A DNA stretch of 32,000 bases from assembly GCF_000270205.1 (NCBI RefSeq), contig NC_015913.1, forward strand, positions 1,560,001-1,592,000. Direction: 5' to 3'. The DNA comes from Candidatus Arthromitus sp. SFB-mouse-Japan. GTDB taxonomy: Bacteria > Bacillota > Clostridia > Clostridiales > Clostridiaceae. Positions 9,511 to 17,549 of this stretch are shown piece by piece. The first letter of the stretch is position 1; each line of letters begins with the position of its first letter. The notes below the pieces were generated by a model, which was given only the letters and a program-made list of their open reading frames with translations, was not told where the DNA came from and searched no databases. The position numbers were made by a program, and so were the translations under genes.

Positions 9511-9783
9511 ATGCAAGTTACAGATGTTAAAATCAGAAAAATCACTAACGAAGGAAAAATGAAAGCTATAGTTTCAATAACTTTAGATAATGAATTTGTT
9601 GTTCATGATATAAAAGTTATTGAAGGGGAGAATGGATTATTTATAGCTATGCCTAGCAGGAAAACTCCTAATGGGGAGTTCAAGGATATAGCCCATCCTA
9701 TTTCAACAGAGGTAAGACAAAAATTCCAAACCGAAATATTAAAAAATTATAATATTGCACTAAATGAACAAGAGCAAATGTAA
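9511..9783 (+). CDS. spoVG: Septation/sporulation regulator SpoVG
   Basis: [11 protein letters not shown]...[46 protein letters not shown] is near-colinear with Bacillus SpoVG. An AGAGGTGA SD lies upstream. Confidence 0.95.
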   Translation: MQVTDVKIRKITNEGKMKAIVSITLDNEFVVHDIKVIEGENGLFIAMPSRKTPNGEFKDIAHPISTEVRQKFQTEILKNYNIALNEQEQM

Positions 9784-9867
9784 TTCAATTAAAATAATGT
9801 ATATAATATCATTTAGTTAAAAATTTATTTAAATAAGTTTTTAACTAGTATACTTATGTTATAAATT

Positions 9868-9905
9868 AAAAAGAAGACCACACATATACATATGGTCTTC
9901 TTTTT
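9868..9905. terminator. Bidirectional rho-independent terminator between spoVG (+) and pepA (-)
   Basis: A 13-bp stem, AAAAAGAAGACCA (9868..9880) / TGGTCTTCTTTTT (9893..9905), has a 12-nt loop. It is flanked by an A-run and a T-run, so it can serve both convergent genes. Confidence 0.8.
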
Positions 9906-9928
9906 ATTTAATAATTTTAAACTTAGAA

Positions 9929-11368
9929 TCATTGACTATTTTTACAAAAATTATATAACAGTTCAACGACAGCACCTGTTGCACCTTTTTTAGGAAATAT
10001 CTTTGTAGAAAAATCATTCCACGCAACATAAGCTATGTCTATATGAGCCCATGGTTTACCTAAAGTAAATTCCCCAACAAACAATCCAGCCGTTATAGTT
10101 CCGCCATATCTTCCACCAATATTTTTATAATCAGCAATATCGGACTTCAAAGTCGATAAATATTCCTTATCTCCTGGTAACCTCCATATACTATCTACAG
10201 TATTTTTACTTGCATCATTCAACTTATTAAATATACTTTCATCATTATCTATAATGGCAGCATACTTAGTCCCAAGCGCTATACCACACGCTCCTGTTAG
10301 CGTAGCAATATCTATTATTAAATCAGAATTTAAATTTTTCGCTGCATAATAAACTCCATCTGCAAGTGCTAATCTACCCTCTGCATCCGTTGATATAATC
10401 TCAATAGTTTTGCCTGAAAGTGATCCTATTACATCCCCAGGTTTAAACCCATTTCCATTTATCATATTTTCACACGTAGGTATCACACCAAAAACATTTA
10501 TTTTCAAATTTTGTTTCGCAAGTAAAATTATTAAAGATAAAACGCTCGCTGCTCCTGCCATGTCACATTTCATAGTTACCATTCCATCAGAACTCTTTAT
10601 AGAATACCCACCAGAATCATATGTTAATCCCTTACCAACAAAAGATATAGTTTTATCGCTTTGTTTATCTCCAAAATATTTCATAACAATAAATCTTGGT
10701 TTATTTACGGATGCCTTTCCAACCTCATATAGAGCATTTAAATTGTTTTCCTTTATCCAATTTTCATCATATACATTAATCTCTACATCCAAACCCTTAA
10801 CTTGTTCAATACACCTATTTCCAAACTCTTCTGGAGTTAAAATATTTGACGGTTCATTAACTAAGTCCCTGGTTAAATTTATTGCATCTCTTATATTCAA
10901 TAGTTCATCTAAATCTTCACTTTTATTAGTGTATATATCAATCTTTACCTCTGTCTCTCCTAATTTCGTGGTCATATACCTATCAAATTTATAATTTGCT
11001 GCACTAAATGATAAAATAATACCTTTTAGCATATTTTTAATATTTAAATTATCACATTCAAAAGAATAAAATAAAATATTTTTTAATAAATTTATTTTCA
11101 TTTTTTCAAATAAAGAAACTAAGGATTTATACCAAGAATCATATGTTAACTCGTCTTTTTTCCCAATACCCACAAATACAAGCGTAGAAATACCATTCAC
11201 ATCATTCTGATTAAGCGAATACTTTGTACCAATTTTACCTTCAAACAATCCCTGATTTTTAATCTTATTAAAAATATCGCTATATCTAGATATTTCATAA
11301 TCTTCAAAACAAGGTATAATTTCTACTTGATATTCACTATCTAATTTATCAACTAACTTAAATTCCAT
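9929..11368 (-). CDS. pepA: Leucyl aminopeptidase (M17 family)
   Basis: M17 signatures are present: VGKGLTYDSGGYSIK, MKCDMAGAA and STDAEGRLALAD (NTDAEGRL motif). An AAGGAGA SD lies upstream. Confidence 0.92.
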   Translation of the reverse strand: MEFKLVDKLDSEYQVEIIPCFEDYEISRYSDIFNKIKNQGLFEGKIGTKYSLNQNDVNGISTLVFVGIGKKDELTYDSWYKSLVSLFEKMKINLLKNILFYSFECDNLNIKNMLKGIILSFSAANYKFDRYMTTKLGETEVKIDIYTNKSEDLDELLNIRDAINLTRDLVNEPSNILTPEEFGNRCIEQVKGLDVEINVYDENWIKENNLNALYEVGKASVNKPRFIVMKYFGDKQSDKTISFVGKGLTYDSGGYSIKSSDGMVTMKCDMAGAASVLSLIILLAKQNLKINVFGVIPTCENMINGNGFKPGDVIGSLSGKTIEIISTDAEGRLALADGVYYAAKNLNSDLIIDIATLTGACGIALGTKYAAIIDNDESIFNKLNDASKNTVDSIWRLPGDKEYLSTLKSDIADYKNIGGRYGGTITAGLFVGEFTLGKPWAHIDIAYVAWNDFSTKIFPKKGATGAVVELLYNFCKNSQ

Positions 11369-11429
11369 TTAGTACTCTCCTTAAAAATAAGATGTATATT
11401 TAAAAATTTAATAACCAAAATAATACAAG

Positions 11430-12329
11430 GTGATTATTTTGATCAATAAAAAAAATATATTAATATACTCTATAATTTTATTATTTTTTATGCATATCAT
11501 TATTAATTGTATGTATATTTTTTACAACAGCAAGAACAATTTAAACTACTATATAAATAACTTTAATGAAAAACAATTTAAGATAAATAACACTTATATA
11601 ACTTATTACGAAAAAAATATAATAAATAACTATAGTAACAGAACAAAAAATGTTATACTACTTCATGGTCCATTTGAATCATCTCTTAACTCATATAACC
11701 TAATTAATAAATCTCTAGAAACATTAACCAATTTAAAATGCAACTTTAACATTTTTCTTATAGATTTACCTGGGCACGGAAAATCATTCAAAATAAATAA
11801 TTTCGATTACTCATTTAGGAATGTTTCTTCATATATCAACTACTTACTAGAAAATTTAAATATAACTGATACTTTACTGATATGTAGCAATTTCTCATCA
11901 AGTATAGGATTAAATATGATTTCCTTAAATGATAAAATATTCTCACAAATTATTCTTATAGATCCTATTTTTAATTACAACCCAACATGGGAAAATTCCA
12001 AGTTATTTATTAAAAATAAACTATTGTTATTATCATCATTTATTATTTTAAATATAAATAAATCATCTTTAAATTTGAGTAATTATACTACATTATACTT
12101 CAACAATAAAAACTCATCAAATAAATATGCTTCAAAAATGATAAACGAAAGTTCTCCAATATCAACTTTAGATATTAGATCCAATATACCTATATTCGCT
12201 ATAATTAATAGAAAAAGCTACTTTAATTCAACTTATATTGCAAATCTATCTAATAGATTTGCATCAATTATATTTTTACCCCATATATTCCCCCTAGAGG
12301 ATATAATAGATAGTAGGTTTAAAAATTAA
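11430..12329 (+). CDS. Membrane-anchored alpha/beta-hydrolase-fold protein with no recognisable nucleophile elbow
   Basis: There is an N-terminal TM helix, then VILLHGPFESS and FLIDLPGHGKS, typical of the fold. The expected GxSxG position reads LLICSNFSSSIG. The GTG start at 11430 has a weak SD, so the start is uncertain. Confidence 0.6.
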   Translation: MIILINKKNILIYSIILLFFMHIIINCMYIFYNSKNNLNYYINNFNEKQFKINNTYITYYEKNIINNYSNRTKNVILLHGPFESSLNSYNLINKSLETLTNLKCNFNIFLIDLPGHGKSFKINNFDYSFRNVSSYINYLLENLNITDTLLICSNFSSSIGLNMISLNDKIFSQIILIDPIFNYNPTWENSKLFIKNKLLLLSSFIILNINKSSLNLSNYTTLYFNNKNSSNKYASKMINESSPISTLDIRSNIPIFAIINRKSYFNSTYIANLSNRFASIIFLPHIFPLEDIIDSRFKN

Positions 12330-12340
12330 ACCTACTATCT
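12308..12340. terminator. Perfect 15-bp inverted repeat spanning the stop codons of two convergent genes (hairpin without U-tracts)
   Basis: AGATAGTAGGTTTAA (12308..12322), loop AAA, TTAAACCTACTATCT (12326..12340). The repeat covers the TAA of the plus-strand ORF (12327..12329) and the stop of the minus-strand ORF (12339..12341). No flanking T or A runs are present. Confidence 0.4.
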
Positions 12341-13646
12341 ATTTAACCTCAAATCTTTTGTAATCATATTCCATTATAATATATTTTTTTGAATTTTCAT
12401 AATCATATATATATTTATTAAATCCTGTTTCTCCATCATACGGCAATTTAAAATTATTATCAAGATCACCCTCTACTCCATATACAAGGTTAGAAATATC
12501 TTTTCCATCACAATTAATTCCTATAATAAAATAACCACGATCTACAAAATATGGATACATAAAAACCATTGGATAATATATTATTGCATATTTTATATTA
12601 TCTGTTTTTCTAATATTTTCTATTTGTGAAAAATTATCTACATAAACTTTAAAAAATCTATAATTATCCTGATTTAAAGAATAAAATTCCTCATACTCAC
12701 TCAATATATTTAAAAAAAACTTATAATCATAATCATAATCTATATGTCTATTAATATCACAAAAATTTTGGAGTAAACTCTTTACCATTTTCTTTATTTC
12801 ACCATCATCCTTTAACAGAAGTTTTTTTAATGAATCTATATGTTTCTTTGCTTCATTAAAAATATTTTTAGATTTATCTATGTCATTCTTTATTTCATTC
12901 TCATATTCATAATATACATTATCATTTTTATTTTCAAAGTCTCTAGTTGAATCTAAAGAATGTGTCCTTAAATATCTATCCATGATAAAATCACCTCTAT
13001 TAAATTTAAATAAGCTTAAATTTTTTTCATTACACAAACATTTAGATTCATCAATTTTATCATCATTTTCCACTAAAACCTCAATTCCAATTTCCTTATC
13101 TACTTTAACAAATTTATTTTCACAGTTTTTATTATCATTTTTAGTATATTCAACTCCATCTTCATAATCTTTTTTATCTTCCTTTTTCTGTATATCCCTC
13201 TTTGTTTCAAACATAAAACTATCTCTTCTAAAGGTCCTATTTTTAATTAATCTAAACTGATTAACCTTCCAATTAAAAACTTTTTTCTTAGCTAAAAATC
13301 CACTTAATGGATATTTGACCCCACCTTTCAAATCTTTAAAACAAACTGTACTACCATGCAAACATTCAAGTAATGTATCATCAAATTCATATGATACATC
13401 AATTTTTCCATTCTCATCTGGTTTAATATCTCCAATTGATATAATATCTATTTTAGATTCATTTTTAATTATTAAACTCAAGCTATAAGTATTTTCATTA
13501 TTTAAATTCTGTATATAATAAAATATTCTAAATTTAGAATCTTTGGCTTCTATCTTTGTATAACCTGAAGGTTTCTTATTTTTAAATGAGTACCCTTTAT
13601 CATCCTCTTGAAGTATTATAAATTTTTTACTATCAGAAATAATCAT
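12339..13646 (-). CDS. Hypothetical protein, 435 aa, no family recognised
   Basis: This long ORF has a good SD (TGGAGAATTAA-ATG) and no TM helix or signal peptide. The N-terminal ~130 aa look beta-rich, the central ~150 aa are a K/D/E/N low-complexity region, and the C-terminal ~120 aa are aromatic-rich (YAIIYYPMVFMYPYFVDRGYFIIGINCDG). Confidence 0.6.
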   Translation of the reverse strand: MIISDSKKFIILQEDDKGYSFKNKKPSGYTKIEAKDSKFRIFYYIQNLNNENTYSLSLIIKNESKIDIISIGDIKPDENGKIDVSYEFDDTLLECLHGSTVCFKDLKGGVKYPLSGFLAKKKVFNWKVNQFRLIKNRTFRRDSFMFETKRDIQKKEDKKDYEDGVEYTKNDNKNCENKFVKVDKEIGIEVLVENDDKIDESKCLCNEKNLSLFKFNRGDFIMDRYLRTHSLDSTRDFENKNDNVYYEYENEIKNDIDKSKNIFNEAKKHIDSLKKLLLKDDGEIKKMVKSLLQNFCDINRHIDYDYDYKFFLNILSEYEEFYSLNQDNYRFFKVYVDNFSQIENIRKTDNIKYAIIYYPMVFMYPYFVDRGYFIIGINCDGKDISNLVYGVEGDLDNNFKLPYDGETGFNKYIYDYENSKKYIIMEYDYKRFEVK

Positions 13647-13730
13647 TTAATTCTCCAATATATAATTTTAATACTATGCTATGCATAATTATATTAAAAA
13701 TTACTAAATAAAAAACAGATCAAATTATAT

Positions 13731-14564
13731 TTAATCTAATCCATTTAAAATTTTAAATATTTTAACAAACTCATCCACTGTCAAATTTTCTGCTCTTTTA
13801 TTAAAATCAATATCCATGTAATTAAATATTTTCATCAAAATTTCTTTATCCTTAGTAAAATTAGACAACACATTATAGAGTGTCTTCCTTCTCATACTAA
13901 AACATCTTTTAACGAATTTTAAAAAATTATCTTCTATTTCTCTATTTTCAAATTTTCTATTATCCAATATTTCAAACTTTATAAATACAGAATCAACTTT
14001 CGGTTTAGGTATAAAATTAACAGCCGGTATATATTTAACAACATGAGGCACTGAAAAATAATTTACAAAAACACTCAAAGATCCATATTCTTTTGTAGAA
14101 ACATTTGCTAAAATACGATTCCCTACTTCTTTTTGCACCATAATAGCAATAAAATCTATACTTAACTCACTCTTAAACAATTTCTCCAGTATAGGTGTTG
14201 TTATATAATAAGGTATATTAGCTACAACCTTAAACCTCCCATTTAAATTTCCCAAATCTTCTAAATTCATTTTCATAAAATCATTATGTATAAGTTTGAA
14301 ATTATCATACTCTTTTAAATTTTCATTTAAAATGGGTATAAGTCTATCATCTATTTCAATTGATATAACTTTTTTTGATTTCAAAAGTAATTTTTCTGTC
14401 AAAACACCAAATCCTGGTCCAATTTCAATAACAATATCATTCTTTGTAATATCTAATTTATCTAATATTTCATTAAGCAAAATATCATTATTAAAAAAAT
14501 TCTGTCCTAAATATCCTTTAAATAAAAATCCATATTTTCTCTGCAATTCTCTAACACTCGTCAT
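13731..14564 (-). CDS. rsmA: 16S rRNA (adenine1518/1519-N6)-dimethyltransferase
   Basis: Motifs: LGQNFF, the SAM-binding EIGPGFGVLTEKL, and ANIPYYITTPI. A GAGGAG SD lies inside the 3' end of rnmV, with a 14-nt overlap. Confidence 0.93.
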   Translation of the reverse strand: MTSVRELQRKYGFLFKGYLGQNFFNNDILLNEILDKLDITKNDIVIEIGPGFGVLTEKLLLKSKKVISIEIDDRLIPILNENLKEYDNFKLIHNDFMKMNLEDLGNLNGRFKVVANIPYYITTPILEKLFKSELSIDFIAIMVQKEVGNRILANVSTKEYGSLSVFVNYFSVPHVVKYIPAVNFIPKPKVDSVFIKFEILDNRKFENREIEDNFLKFVKRCFSMRRKTLYNVLSNFTKDKEILMKIFNYMDIDFNKRAENLTVDEFVKIFKILNGLD

Positions 14565-15111
14565 CTATTAACTCCTCTAATTTTTTTAGTGAAGATAAAA
14601 ACACTTCTCTAGATATATTAAAACTATTTAGCCTAGATAAAAACTTCTTTCCATTTGCTGTACCGATTCCTAAAATATTCCCTAGTATTTCTCTACGTTT
14701 TAATGAATCCCTATTTCCAACAAGTTTATTATTAAATAAATCCTTTTGTGTAAACTCCTCTCTTCTATAAGACAATTCACATTTTGCATTTTTTATTGCT
14801 AAAATTATATCCTTAGGATGAGCATTTTCCACTCCTATATCACCATTTTTAATACTCTTATTTTTTGGTATATACGCATGCTTAACACCTTTTACCTCAT
14901 CTGAAATTTTTTTTCTTATTCTTTCTCCCGCAGAATCAGAATCCATAAGTAAAATAACTCCACATCTTTCTTGTGCATTCTTAATCAAATTCATCGTTCT
15001 ACTAGATATCCCAAACCCAGATACGTATATAACCTCTGCATTAATTCCTCGCTTAACTGCAATTTCATCACATATACCCTCAACTACTATAACTTCCTTA
15101 ATTTTAATCAT
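14551..15111 (-). CDS. rnmV: Ribonuclease M5 (Toprim domain)
   Basis: Toprim residues are present in VIVVEG...LLMDSDSAGERIRKKI. The size and the position upstream of ksgA match Bacillus. An AGGAGG SD lies upstream. Confidence 0.88.
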   Translation of the reverse strand: MIKIKEVIVVEGICDEIAVKRGINAEVIYVSGFGISSRTMNLIKNAQERCGVILLMDSDSAGERIRKKISDEVKGVKHAYIPKNKSIKNGDIGVENAHPKDIILAIKNAKCELSYRREEFTQKDLFNNKLVGNRDSLKRREILGNILGIGTANGKKFLSRLNSFNISREVFLSSLKKLEELIDDEC

Positions 15112-15124
15112 TAAGTCCTCCTAT

Positions 15125-15163
15125 AAAAAATAATGCTACAATACTTTACACAAATATTGTAGC
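15125..15163 (-). terminator. Rho-independent terminator after the yabE-like gene
   Basis: A 10-bp stem, TGCTACAATA (15134..15143) / TATTGTAGCA (15154..15163), is followed on the minus strand by TTATTTTTT. Confidence 0.6.
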
Positions 15164-15174
15164 AAAACTTCAAC

Positions 15175-16242
15175 TTATTCTAGTATATATATTTTTACTC
15201 CCTTTTTTCTACCCCAATTATATGCAGCCTCTCTACTAGGCATAAAAACATCTATTATATTCCCTCTGATAGCTCCACCAGTATCATGAGCTATGGCAAA
15301 ACCATATCCTTCAACATATACCTTTGTATTAAGAGGTATAACTTTTGGATCAACTGCAATAGTACTCCATCCATCAGGATTATAAAGAGTTGGATTACCT
15401 GTAGCTGTTATATGATTACCATTAGATCCACTATTATAAAAAGCAGTAGACTCCACTAATTTAGAATATTTAATTGAATATTCCTCACCTAAAAACGTTA
15501 TTTTACCTCCATTTAAATACGAATTATTTATAATATTTGATAATGCTTGATTCTCATCCTTAATAATAGATCTATCCTTTGTCCCTTTTTCAATTACTTT
15601 ATTAATTGGCTGTCTCTCTACATCATCATAAATTACATTATCACTTACTTCAATATTATTTTCATAACGCTTTTCTCTTTTAATAAGTCTTAATCCATCT
15701 CTACCTTCTTGAATTACTCTATTTTCATCTGAATATAAAGAATTATTGTATCTAATTTCAGTGTCATATGGAATTGCTATACTTTCTTCATTAATCCTTA
15801 TATCAACATATTTAATAAAAATTTCTTCATCTGGAATAATATCACTATATAATGATGGTTCAACTATATCATTTTCATCTATATCTATATCTCTCTCTTT
15901 CAAAAAATCTTCTATAGTTTTAGACATTGTCATAACTTCATATGGATCACTATTTCCTAAATACAAAATAACAGGAACTGGATTATTAAAAACATCATTA
16001 TCTCCATATTCTATATTAGAAAGTTTTGATGGATATACCCCCACTTCATCCTGTAAGACTATGCTATTCTCCTTCAAAACATCTCTAGTTGTATTTTCTA
16101 TTACATAAGTTGAAATTTCAATTCCATCAACAACAAGTGTAACTGGTTTATTTATATAAATAACCAAATAAAATAGTATAACAGAAATTAACAAACTAGC
16201 TAAAGAAAATAACATAGTCTTTATCGACCTTGATTTTACCAT
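15175..16242 (-). CDS. YabE/RpfB-like cell-wall protein (TM anchor, DUF348 repeats, G5 domain, C-terminal 3D domain)
   Basis: There is an N-terminal TM helix. The G5-like segment reads EIRYNNSLYSDENRVIQEGRDGLR...VIEKGTK. The C-terminal 3D-domain signature reads TIAVDPKVIPLNTKVYVEGYGFAIAHDTGGAIRGNIIDVFM. Its position between tatD and rnmV matches Bacillus yabE. Confidence 0.85.
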   Translation of the reverse strand: MVKSRSIKTMLFSLASLLISVILFYLVIYINKPVTLVVDGIEISTYVIENTTRDVLKENSIVLQDEVGVYPSKLSNIEYGDNDVFNNPVPVILYLGNSDPYEVMTMSKTIEDFLKERDIDIDENDIVEPSLYSDIIPDEEIFIKYVDIRINEESIAIPYDTEIRYNNSLYSDENRVIQEGRDGLRLIKREKRYENNIEVSDNVIYDDVERQPINKVIEKGTKDRSIIKDENQALSNIINNSYLNGGKITFLGEEYSIKYSKLVESTAFYNSGSNGNHITATGNPTLYNPDGWSTIAVDPKVIPLNTKVYVEGYGFAIAHDTGGAIRGNIIDVFMPSREAAYNWGRKKGVKIYILE

Positions 16243-16272
16243 AATTCCCCCCTAATAAAACTTTAATATACA

Positions 16273-17043
16273 TTATAAACTAAAAAACTTTAATGCATTT
16301 TTATATAACATATCCCCAATTTTATAGAAGTCTTCATTTCTTACATCAGCAATTTTTTTTATAATATACTCTATATTTATTGATTCATTTCTTTTACCTC
16401 TAAGTGGTACAGGTGAAAGATAAGGACAATCTGTCTCTGTCAAAAGATATTCAATTGGAATTTCTTTTATTACTTCTATTATCTTGACAGCATTTTTAAA
16501 TGTAGAAATACCTGATATTCCCAAATAAAATCCTAGCTTAATCAATTCTATAGCGATTTCTAAACTGCCAGAAAAACAGTGGACCACACCTCTTATTGGC
16601 ATAAATTCCTTAATTATCCTGAGCGTATCTGCATATGCATCTCTACAATGAATAATAACTGGCTTATCCAAATCTTTTGCAATTTTTAATTGATTTCTAA
16701 ATACCTCTTTTTGAATTTCCTTATCAATATTATCATAGTAGTAGTCTAATCCAATTTCACCAATTGCTAAAACTTTTTTATGTTTATTAAATTTATATAA
16801 ATCATCCTCATAAGTTATTTTATAATAATATTTAGAATAACTTGGATGTATTCCACAAGCTCCATAAATAAAATCATATTTATCAATAATATCAATTGTT
16901 TTTTTACAAGAATCAATGTCTACAGCACAATTTAATATTTTTTTTACCCCGTAATTAAATTGCCTCTCAATAACTTCATCCCTATCGTGCAAAAAGCTAT
17001 CATCATAATAATGAGAATGAGTTTCAAAAATTTTCAAAGACAT
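16273..17043 (-). CDS. tatD: TatD-family metal-dependent hydrolase/DNase
   Basis: Motifs: FETHSHY (HxH), GEIGLDYYY, IIHCRDA, GVVHCFSG and ETDCPYL. I place the start at ATG 17043 (MSLKIFETHSH) with an AAAGGAGA SD. The 18-codon extension in the ORF track runs through the predicted promoter. Confidence 0.9.
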   Translation of the reverse strand: MSLKIFETHSHYYDDSFLHDRDEVIERQFNYGVKKILNCAVDIDSCKKTIDIIDKYDFIYGACGIHPSYSKYYYKITYEDDLYKFNKHKKVLAIGEIGLDYYYDNIDKEIQKEVFRNQLKIAKDLDKPVIIHCRDAYADTLRIIKEFMPIRGVVHCFSGSLEIAIELIKLGFYLGISGISTFKNAVKIIEVIKEIPIEYLLTETDCPYLSPVPLRGKRNESINIEYIIKKIADVRNEDFYKIGDMLYKNALKFFSL

Positions 17044-17068
17044 CTTATTTCTCCTTTCATAGTTTAAA

Positions 17069-17097
17069 ATAATACATTTATTATCTTTTAGTGTCAA
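17069..17097 (-). promoter_or_regulatory. Sigma-A type promoter for the tatD-yabE operon (TTGACA-17 nt-TATTAT)
   Basis: On the minus strand, TTGACA lies at 17097..17092 and TATTAT at 17074..17069, with a 17-nt spacer. The element sits about 25 nt upstream of the tatD ATG. Confidence 0.6.
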
Positions 17098-17175
17098 CTT
17101 GACAAAATATGGATTTTATGTTCCATCTAATTTGTAAAAACCTTCAATATTTTTTAAATACTTATGTAAAAAATA

Positions 17176-17204
17176 TTGACATGAATAATATTATACTATA
17201 TAAT
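17176..17204 (+). promoter_or_regulatory. Consensus sigma-A promoter for the tRNA cluster (TTGACA-17 nt-TATAAT)
   Basis: TTGACA at 17176..17181 and TATAAT at 17199..17204 are both perfect consensus hexamers with a 17-nt spacer. The first tRNA starts 22 nt downstream. Confidence 0.8.
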
Positions 17205-17225
17205 TTGTAAGGTAGTAAATTAGTT

Positions 17226-17300
17226 GGCCCGTTGGTCAAGCGGCTAAGACACCACCCTTTCACGGTGGTAACACGGGTTCGATTCCCGTACGGGTCACCA
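17226..17300 (+). tRNA. trnE: tRNA-Glu (anticodon UUC), CCA encoded
   Basis: 75 nt. The acceptor stem is GGCCCGT/ACGGGTC. The anticodon loop CTTTCAC sits within CCACC-CTTTCAC-GGTGG. The T-arm is GGGTTCGATTCCC and the 3' end is ACCA. Confidence 0.95.
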
Positions 17301-17313
17301 TAATTTTATATTT

Positions 17314-17389
17314 GGGCGCATAGCTCAGCTGGGAGAGCATCTGCCTTACAAGCAGGAGGTCACAGGTTCGATCCCTGTTGTGCCCACCA
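17314..17389 (+). tRNA. trnV: tRNA-Val (anticodon UAC), CCA encoded
   Basis: 76 nt. GGGCGCATAGCTCAGCTGGGAGAGC carries the D-arm. The anticodon arm is TCTGC-CTTACAA-GCAGG. The T-arm is CAGGTTCGATCCCTG and the 3' end is CCACCA. Confidence 0.95.
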
Positions 17390-17392
17390 TTT

Positions 17393-17469
17393 GGCTCAGT
17401 AGCTCAGTTGGTTAGAGTGCCGGCCTGTCACGCCGGAGGTCGAGGGTTCGAGCCCCTTCTGGGTCGCCA
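17393..17469 (+). tRNA. trnD: tRNA-Asp (anticodon GUC), CCA encoded
   Basis: 77 nt. GGCTCAGTAGCTCAGTTGGTTAGAG carries the D-arm. The anticodon arm is CCGGC-CTGTCAC-GCCGG. The T-arm is GAGGGTTCGAGCCCCTT and the 3' end is GCCA. Confidence 0.95.
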
Positions 17470-17474
17470 TTTAT

Positions 17475-17549
17475 GGCCCGTTGGTCAAGCGGTTAAGACA
17501 CCACCCTTTCACGGTGGTAACACGGGTTCGATTCCCGTACGGGTCACCA
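17475..17549 (+). tRNA. trnE: tRNA-Glu (anticodon UUC), second copy
   Basis: Identical to 17226..17300 except for one D-loop base (T at 17493 versus C at 17244). Confidence 0.95.

Noticed and set aside
9814-9847. 10-bp inverted repeat TAGTTAAAAA...TTTTTAACTA downstream of spoVG
   Set aside because: It is almost pure A/T with a 14-nt loop, so it is thermodynamically negligible and expected by chance at this composition. The real terminator is the G/C-containing hairpin at 9868..9905.
10410-10994. 194-aa plus-strand ORF antisense to pepA
   Set aside because: It is fully nested antisense within a well-supported M17 aminopeptidase gene. It has no SD and a low-complexity S/F/I/P-rich translation typical of shadow frames in AT-rich DNA.
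12982-14571. Plus-strand ORFs 12982..13167 and 14296..14571, antisense to the 435-aa orphan and rsmA
   Set aside because: These are shadow frames with low-complexity S/L/F/I-rich translations and no ribosome-binding sites.
15746-16108. 120-aa plus-strand ORF antisense to the yabE-like gene
   Set aside because: It is nested antisense in a gene with clear G5/3D domain signatures. It has no SD and an S/I/L-rich shadow-frame composition.
17092-17104. Palindrome TGTCAA-C-TTGACA, giving back-to-back TTGACA hexamers on both strands (possible operator or second promoter)
   Set aside because: The minus-strand copy is explained as the -35 of the tatD promoter. The plus-strand copy has no acceptable -10 at 16-18 nt (TCCATC). 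Six-bp arms are too short to argue for an operator without comparative data.
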